DNA of 64,000 nt. Source: Podarcis melisellensis. Lineage: Eukaryota. The translations under genes and the position numbers were made by a program. Where the stretch lies: assembly GCA_964234715.1 (NCBI GenBank), contig OZ174275.1. One strand, 5' to 3'. The notes below the pieces were generated by a model. It was not told the DNA's origin. It saw only the letters and a list, made by a program, of their open reading frames with translations, and searched no databases. Below, piece by piece: positions 51,701 to 60,700 of the stretch. Within the stretch, counting starts at the first letter, position 1. Each line of letters begins with the position of its first letter.

Positions 51701-54700
51701 AGGTAGCCAGACTCCCCACCTTTTTGGGACAATGATAGCACAGAGAAAAGATTTTGTTCTGAATAGCCTTTTGTTTTCAGTGAATGTTCCTGCAAACGTA
51801 GACCTAAAAGTTTGGTAGGCATCCCTAAATATAGATGCATATTTAATTGTGTCATGGAAGAAGACAATTGGGCAGGCTTGCTTTTATATATAGGTGTTAC
51901 AGATGCACACCACTTCTTTCCCCTTACATCCCATAACATTTTCAGTGTTAGGCAAATCCCTCTCTCCCCCCCCCCCAGGCTTCTTAAAGAGAACACTCAA
52001 CTTTGATTAGTTTTTATGCTGCTTTTGTTAGTTATCTCTTAACCCAATGTGTTTATATGTATTTATGTTGTATTTGTAAATACTGTTCAAGTGTTTTTGG
52101 AATACACTTTGATTTGGAGGTTGTTTTTGCAGAATGGTTTTTAAAAAAGCTATTAAATTAACTAGAAATGCATTTTTTCTTCCTTACACTTTACTTTCCT
52201 AAATAGGTGTATTGTCCGTGCATTAAAGGATCCTAATACCTTTCTCTTTGATCACCTTCTCACCTTAAAACCAGTCAAATTTTTGGAAGGAGAACTTATT
52301 CATGATGTAAGTATTAATTTCTAAACTTAAATATTAAACACTTGGCATGCTGCATGTGAGATAAAATTGCTTGACCATTTTAGTGGGATTTCATCACACA
52401 TAAGTTATTTTGCATTGTGTTGTTTATAGTGTCTAGGTTTGCATGTCATGCTAACCCTTGGTTTAGCGTGATGTGAACCATTAGGAAATAAGCCTTGAGC
52501 TAGCTAGTTATCCTCCCCTCACCCCTAGCTTCTGGAAGGAGTAGCTTAGAATATTTTGATTTTCCTTTTGTTTGATCACAGCTTGCCATGCTCAGATCAA
52601 GAAATTGTGGTCAACATTAACTACAGTTTGTTTCAGACAGACCAACTTTAAACATAGTTACTGAAGCCATCTTATTTAAATTAGAGTTGAGAGAAGTAGG
52701 CCTCTACAACAAAATGTTGTAATCTGGAGTGCTTCCGGATTCTGGATGACCATTTCATTTATCCTCTTCACCTCACATTTCTTCTTCAACCCTGCTCAGA
52801 CCTCATTGGGCTGGGTTATTTTTGGAGGGTGTAGCGGTGAACCCACTTGTGCTCAATCCCAATTGTATTAAATTCTTTAATTTCACCAGTAGCACTTAGG
52901 CATTTCCTTCTTCCCACCCAATTGATAGGGCCACCCTCCCCGGTTCAGGGTCTTAATATGTTTGGGGATTTTCACCTTTGTCAATACCGCCCCATACAGA
53001 TTTTTGTTGTATTTTTACATACCGTATTTTTCGCTCTATAAGACACACTTTTCCCCTCCTAAAAAGTAAGGGGAAATGTGTGGGCGTCTTATGGAGCGAA
53101 TGCAGGCTGCACAGCTATCCCTGAAGCCAGGAGAGCAAGAGGGATTGGTGCGCACCAATCCCTCTTGCTCTCCTGGCTTCAGGGATAGCCTTCCGAAGCC
53201 TCCTTAGCGCAGCAGGAGTGTTTCTGCTGTGTTCAGGAGGCTTTGGGATGCTATCCCTGAAGCCAGGAGAGCAAGAGGGATCGATCCCTCTTGCTGTCTT
53301 GGCTTGGCTTCACTGGAGAGCCACTGCGCAGCTTTCCCTCTCTGCTCAGCACCCCTTCAGCAAAGCGGCAGGAGAAACGGAGCCCCTTCCATTTCTCCTC
53401 CCGCTTTGCTGGAGAGGCGCTGCGCAGAGAGGGAGAGAACATTTTTTTCCTTGTTCTTCTCCTCTAGAACTAGGTGCGTCTTATGGTCGGTGCATCTTAT
53501 AGAGCGAAAAATACGGTAGCTAAGGGATACCACAAGTTTACTGGTACTTCTTTCTTCAGCATTAGTCCCTACAGAAGCATAAGCACAGGAAATATGAATT
53601 TGTATTAGTAAATAGAAAAGTGAGACCAGTGTATCTTGGGGGGAGGGTGGGGTGGGTGTGACATAGTTGACATCAAATATTGAGTTCTTTCTCTAACCTG
53701 GTTCTGTCTTCATATGCATATTTTTAATTTTGTTTTTGAATGTTTAAACGTGCAACCAGTCTGCATGCATCAGTGGAGCGTGAAAAAGAGAGTGAAAGGT
53801 TTTGCCTGGGAGGAGCTTGGAAGGGGGCTGATTAGCTTCTGGTGGACTATTTTGCTGTAATTTCCTCTTGGTACGGGGGGGGGGGGGTAAACACCCTGCC
53901 CAGTCTCCATCGCATTAAATGCTTTCAGTCTGACACCAATTTAACTTTTACTTCCCCAGTTACCCCAGCATCCAACAGTCTCATGCAATAGAAACATATT
54001 TTTGAATAAGATGTTGAGGACAAGTGGCTCACGACCATCTTAAGTTTCCCATTTAACTCTAGTTAGTTAAAAGAAATCAAACCAAGATTTGATCCTAATT
54101 GGTTTTAGCTAACTAGACTTAAAATAAACTGGGCTGTTAATTATGGTCTGCTTTTGGAAAGTATCCCCCCCCAAAAAAAAAATTGGTTTACAATAATTTG
54201 TACGTAGCAGGAAACTGGTTTAGTCAAAAGGGAAAGTAGAAGCATTCATGCTCATTCTGATCTTTGCAGAGGAGGAGAAAGATGGGGTAACCTTGTGACG
54301 GGCAATCTGTGGCCCTTCAGGTGCAGTTGGACTTTATCTTCTGTCATCCTTGAGTATTGGGCATTCCAATGGAGTTGATGAGAATTTGAGTCCAACAACA
54401 TCTGGAGGGCCCCAAGTGTCCTACCCCTTCTGTACACCATGGCAGCTTGAATTCAACCGGTATTTTCTGTTCTGTTCTCTAAATGAAATGTTCAGGAGAC
54501 ATCTGTTAAATTAGACATGTTCATATCTTGTTGTGTTCTCACAATTGACAATTTCTTTCTTTGTAGCTTTTGACAATTTTTGTTAGTGCCAAGTTAGCAT
54601 CCTATGTCCGGTTCTATCAGAACAACAAGGACTTCATTGATTCTCTTGGTAAGTTTTTTTTTTCTTTCTTTTTTAATGCACATTTGGTGTACCCAACACA

Positions 54701-57700
54701 TATGGCTGTGATATAAATGTAGCTCAGCTACTCAGAAGGAGGTGCTGTGACTGGACACTTGCTCTGCTGACTGTGTCTAGTTCCAGGATGAGTACCCTTT
54801 TTTGCCTTGTGGGCACAGTTACCCCTTACCAGCCATGTGGAGGCTGCATACAGATTAGCTGAGGAGGGGGGAGTAATGGCTGCTATCCCATAGCTGTCAA
54901 CTTTCAGATTTGAAAATAAGGGATCAGCAGCCTCACCTGTCCCAGGGACACTCTACGGGATATCTAACAATCCAGGATAGCAGCGGGAAACGGCGCTGGA
55001 ATAAGGGAATTTCCTGCAAAAAGGGGGAAGGTTGGGAGAAGGCCTTTGACAACATTTCTTGGCTGTTTATGAAGAAAAATTTGGAAAGGATGGGAGTAGG
55101 GCGGGGGTTTGAAAATGGAATAGAAGCAATTTATTCAGAACAAAAAGCCAAATTGATAGTAAACAACGTGGTGACAGAGGAGTTTAAAATTGAAAAAGGG
55201 ACACGACAGGGGTGCCCTCTATCTCCTCTGTTGTTTATTTCAGTCCTGGAGGTGCTACTGAACATGATTAGAAATGACCGGTTGACACAGGGAATTGTGG
55301 TCGGAGAGAAACAATATAAACTGAAAGCTTTTGCAGACGACTTGGTATTGACATTACAGGAGCCAGCCTCTAGTACTAAAAGAGCGTTAGAATTAATTTC
55401 TGATTTTGGTCGGGTGGCGGGATTCAAGCTGAATAAACAAAAAACTAAAGTTCTAGCAAAAAACTTGACAACTACTGAAATAGAGGAGTTCAGAAAAGAA
55501 ACAGAACTAAATGTGGTTAAAAAAGTAAAGTACCTAGGGGTGCACTTGACCTCCAAAAATTTGAATTTATTTAAGGATAACTATGAGAAATGTTGGTCAG
55601 AGATAAAAAGAGATCTGGAAACATGGTCAAGATTAAAACTTTCCTTGCTGGGCAGAATAGCTGCTCTAAAGATGAATGTATTGCCGAAAATGCTATTTTT
55701 GTTTCAGTCCCTCCAGATCGTGGATAAGGTGGAATGTTTTGGAAAATGGCAGAGGGATTTATCTAAATTTGTCTGGCAGGGCAAAAAGCCCCGAATAAAG
55801 TTTAAAATACTAACAGATGCGAAAGAAAGAGGGGGGTTTGCCCTGCCGGACTTGAGGTTATATTATGAAGCTGCAGCCCTCTGCTGGTTGAAGGATTGGA
55901 TTCTATTGGAGAACACCGACGTCCTTGACCTGGAGGGATTTGATAATGCTTTTGGGTGGCATGCATATTTGTGGTATGACAAGGTTAAAGTTCATAAATT
56001 GTTCAAAAACCATATTGTCAGAAGGGCAATTTTCATGGTCTGGTCAAAATATAAAGACTTATTGGAGAGTAAAACTCCGAGGTGGCTCTCACCGATGGAG
56101 GCCAAAGCACGTAAAAGACTCAATATGGAGGCCCACTGGCCTAAATATTGGGAAATAATTGAAAAAATTGGAGATAAATGGAGGTTACAGAGTATGGAAA
56201 AGTTAAAAAACAAGGTGCGAGATTGGTTGCATTATGCTCAAATCCAGGAAGTTTTTAAAGCAGACAAAAAAGTGGGTTTCCAGGAGGAAAAATCGAAACT
56301 AGAAACAGAGTTGCTTGAGCCAAAATCTAAGCTAATTTCGAGAATGTATAACTTGCTGCTTAAATGGAACACACAGGATGAGATTGTCAAATCCTCTATG
56401 ATAAAGTGGGCACAGGATTTGGGGCATAACATTATGTTTGAAGACTGGGAAAGGTTATGGAACACCGGAATGAAATTCACGGCATGTACTGCCTTGAAGG
56501 AAAACATTATGAAAATGATATACCGGTGGTACATGACCCCAGTCAAGCTTGCAAAGATATATCACCTGTCCGATAATAAATGTTGGAAATGTAAGGAAGA
56601 GGAAGGGACATTTTTACACCTCTGGTGGACCTGCCCGAAAGTGAAGGCCTTCTGGGAAATGATACATAATGAATTAAAAAAGGTGCTGAGATTCACCTTA
56701 CCTAAGAAACCGGAGGCCTTCCTTCTGGGCATGGTAGACCAGAGGATGGTCAAGAAAGATAGAACTTTCTTTATGTACGCTACTACAGCAGCGAGGATTC
56801 TGTTGGCAAAGCACTGGAAGACACAAAATCTACCCACATTGGAAGAATGGCAGACGCAGCTGATGGACTATATGGAACTGGCTGAAATGACTGGCAGAAT
56901 TCGAGACTCGGGAGAAGAAGAAACGGAGGAAGTTTGGGAAAAATTTAAGGACTATTTGAAAAAGCATTATAAGTTGTATGAATGTTAAAAAATGCTCCTC
57001 TCTAGGAAGGTATAGCTTCAGTATCGGCAAATTTCTGAATTGATAAATAAGACACTATAAGACAGAAGTAAGGTAACGAAATATTTTTATTGTGTGGAAA
57101 TTAAAAATTAATGCAATTGTATTGAAATGTTCACATCAGATAACACGATAAAATGGAAGATATATTGTTATGTATAAAACAAGTTAACAAATTGCTGAGG
57201 TTTTGGTTACACAGGGAATGCAGTGCCCGGGAGATGGGGGGAGTCCATTGGATTTATGGAAGTATGTATTTGAAAGTGGAAATTTGTTTATTAAAAACCT
57301 AATAAAATATTTATTAAAAAAAAAAAAAAAAAAGGGGGGAAGGTTGACAGCTATGCGCTATCCGCTTACCAAATGGTTGCTTTCATGACCAGGGAGGGGC
57401 AATTTGCATCCCCATCAGGGCACTGGGCTTCACCCACTCCAGTCCTGTTCCCCCAGCCCCTGCTAGCTCCAAAATGTATGGGGTCTGAAGGAGCCAGGAA
57501 AATTGGCTGCATGGAGCAGGGATCAGATCAGGCCCCTGAACTTGTGGTTTGCCACCCCTGGCCTCAGCATTTAAAGTTTCTTCTTGGGTTCTCCAGTCCT
57601 CTTTGAGATTTTGTCCACTCCTTCCTTCACCATTTGGAATGGATCCCACACTCCAAGGCACTCAGGCGCTTTACTGATCTGCAGGAGAGTTGTTCCCAGG

Positions 57701-60700
57701 GTGCTTATGTTCTACCACAATAGGGCTTTCTTTCCAGTTGTGTGATTTTAGTTACATAATATCAAAAAATGTATCAGAATACAGTTTAGTTTAGCGACTA
57801 TTCATTCTGAATTGAATGCTTTTCTTTTGCTGTCTTTTGTGTTTGAACTGTGGTTTTCAAGCATCCACTTGGAAAGTCACAGGAACAGTAAATCCTGTGG
57901 GAGCAGGTACAGTCATACCTCTTGTTACGTTTGCTTCATGTTGCGCGTTTTCAGGTTGCGTCCCGTGGTGACCCGAAAGTACCAGAAATGGTTACTTCCG
58001 GGTTTCGCCGCTCGCAAAATGACGTCATGCGCAGAAGCGGCAAATCACAACCCACGCAGACACGGGTTGCGTTCTGCTCATGTTACATACGGGGCTCCGG
58101 AATGGATCCCATTCGCAACCAGAGGTCCCACTGTATTATTATTGAATCTGCATTTCTAAACTGAAAATAGCCAGTTTGAGAATTCTGACATCACTCCCAA
58201 GTTATATCCACTACGTTATTCATAGATGAGAGGTAGAGAGAGTAGATTTCCCAGTGTTTATTGTCTAAATGATTAAGAGCCCTGTTGTTGGAGTGAAGAT
58301 AGCCTCCATCTTGTCTTCTTGCTTTTCTTCAGTTGGTCACATACTCCACCTGTGCACTGAGCAAGCAGCAGTTATCAACAGTGCTGCATGAGTGTTGAGG
58401 GGGAAACCCGACATAGTGCCAGAGTGCTGCATAAATGACCTACCAAGCCTTGTGGGGGCAGCCCCATTTACACAAAGCTGGCAATGGATTGTGCAGCAGA
58501 GAAACATGCAGGCTACTGCATGGGCGAGGTGCTGTTTGAGGAGCAACCAAACCCCCTTGTTGTAGGATCATGATGTGAATCAACCACATCTCCCTCTAAC
58601 AAGGCTGAAGTACAATCAGATTGAGTACTTGCAAGTGTTCTTATGCAAGCTTAATCTTTTTGCGGATGCATTAAACCTTGCAAACCACATTCTGTCCCAG
58701 TTAATATGTTTCATAGGATGAAGCTTTGTGATGGAATGTTAATGTCAGCAGCCTCTTTATTTACACACTGTGGAAAGAAAGGAGTAGTAATTAACACTTT
58801 GACACTCCCCCATTGATGTGTAATTGACTGTTTCAAAGGAGCACTGGTTCATAAGCTATTGCATGCATGAAAATTACTTTTTCTGTATTGCAGCATTTTA
58901 GGACAAGGGTCAGTGACAATGCAAAAATTGTTCAATGATGCAAGCTTTTATATTATGACATTAAGGTTTAGATATACTGGTAATGAATAAATGTTTCCAT
59001 AAAATTGGGGTTTAAAAAAATAGTGACCAGAATGGAGGTTAATTTTATTTGAAAAGAAAAGGGTAATAGGCTTTAAAGCATACAAATCTTTTTAGGACTA
59101 GGTAGAATCCTGAAAACAAAGGTGAACATTCCTCAATTTAAGATAGAAATTTTAGAAAGAGAAATATATTATTTTTCTTAGTGAAAACAAAGAAAGCTTT
59201 TCAACTTATGGTAGCTGATATAGTCACTGCTTGAATATTATAAAAGCATGCATGTGACTATAGTGCTCATTAAATATCAGGTATTTTTTTAAAAATATGA
59301 GTAATGGAGCCTCTCCTAGGATGTTACCATAGATTTGATTGTGCCAATCAAGTGCATTCATAGGCAACTTGTTTCATTTGGGTGTAGTATAAACATAACA
59401 AATTCTTGTGCAATGGATTGAACCAACTAATCTACTTCTAGTATACTTCTAGTAAACCCATTGAAATAAATGGATTTAAGTAACTTAGGTTCTTTGATTT
59501 CAGTGGATCTACTCTTGAGTATGACTTGGTCATCCATTGTCTGTGTGTGAAAATAATGTATTTTTTATGTATTTGAAATGCATTCAGATATGGAGAATAG
59601 CACTGAACAGATCTAATTATTTTTGGGCCAACCGATTAAGCCAGCCCAAATTGTTGGGGTTTTTTAAAAAACTTTTATGGTATTGGAAGTAATACTCTAA
59701 ATGCTAGTATGCTTTTAAAAATATTTTCTATTTTTTACAAATTAATGTTTTCCCTTATTTTATCCCCCTGCTGATTTTATTTTTCTTCAAAATTAATAAC
59801 AAGGCTTGCCAATCTAAATCATCTATTCAGCAAAAGCTCTCACAGGTGGCATCAGTTTGTTACAATGTGTTGTTTTATTAATGCTGACAAGTTAGGCCAA
59901 CAGTTGTATTATCATGTGTCAACTGTGAATCGCCCTAACATGTTCACATTTAAATCTGGTAGTATGGGCAACCTTTTTACTTTAGCAGGGTAATTAACAT
60001 CTCATTTGCATTTGTTAATTAGAGTTTATGAGCACTAATTGATTTTTTGTGCTTGTAGATTTCCATTAAAACCAGTTAGCTATAGTTTCTGAAGCTCCCT
60101 ATTCGCTTGAGTTATGATGATCACATTTTTGTTGAATTGGTGCCAGATAAATAGCCTTCATCATAATTACTGCTAATTAACACAACATTATGTCTGGTAG
60201 TAATGTGCTTCCCTGCGCTTCTATTAGTCTAACAGTGTTATTAATTCCAAACATAAATATTTGTTGAGTGTTCAGGTTATCTCATCCATACTTCTTTTCC
60301 AATGTCTGAAACTTTAAAGAGACTATTTTACAGAAACGTTATTCAACTATTTTGTAAAAAACAAATAACAAAGTAAATTTACACCAACTTATTTTTTGTT
60401 GGCCATTTCATGTATTGCTGCATATTGTATTATAGCCTTCCCCAACCTGGTGCCCTCCAGATGTTTTAGGACTAGAATTCCCATCCGCCTCAGGAGATGG
60501 GGAGAACTGCTGTAACATCACACTTTTGTATCCTAAGAACTTCACAATCAATAGCATTTGTAGAATTCAACAAGATGGCATATTATCTTCTGTTCCTCCC
60601 ATGAAATGAATGCATAAAATACAAATTGGTCATAATATGGAATGAGTAATATCAACAAGAAACTGAACATGTGTCTTCCATAAACCTACAACGTATTTTG

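Noticed and set aside
54910-56988. 692-aa ORF as an independent host gene or functional retrotransposon protein
   Set aside because: It begins at a TTG inside a MITE, lacks the endonuclease and N-terminal RT motifs including the first catalytic Asp, and is bounded by a TSD and poly(A). It is a truncated L1. Only the splice-in scenario is kept.
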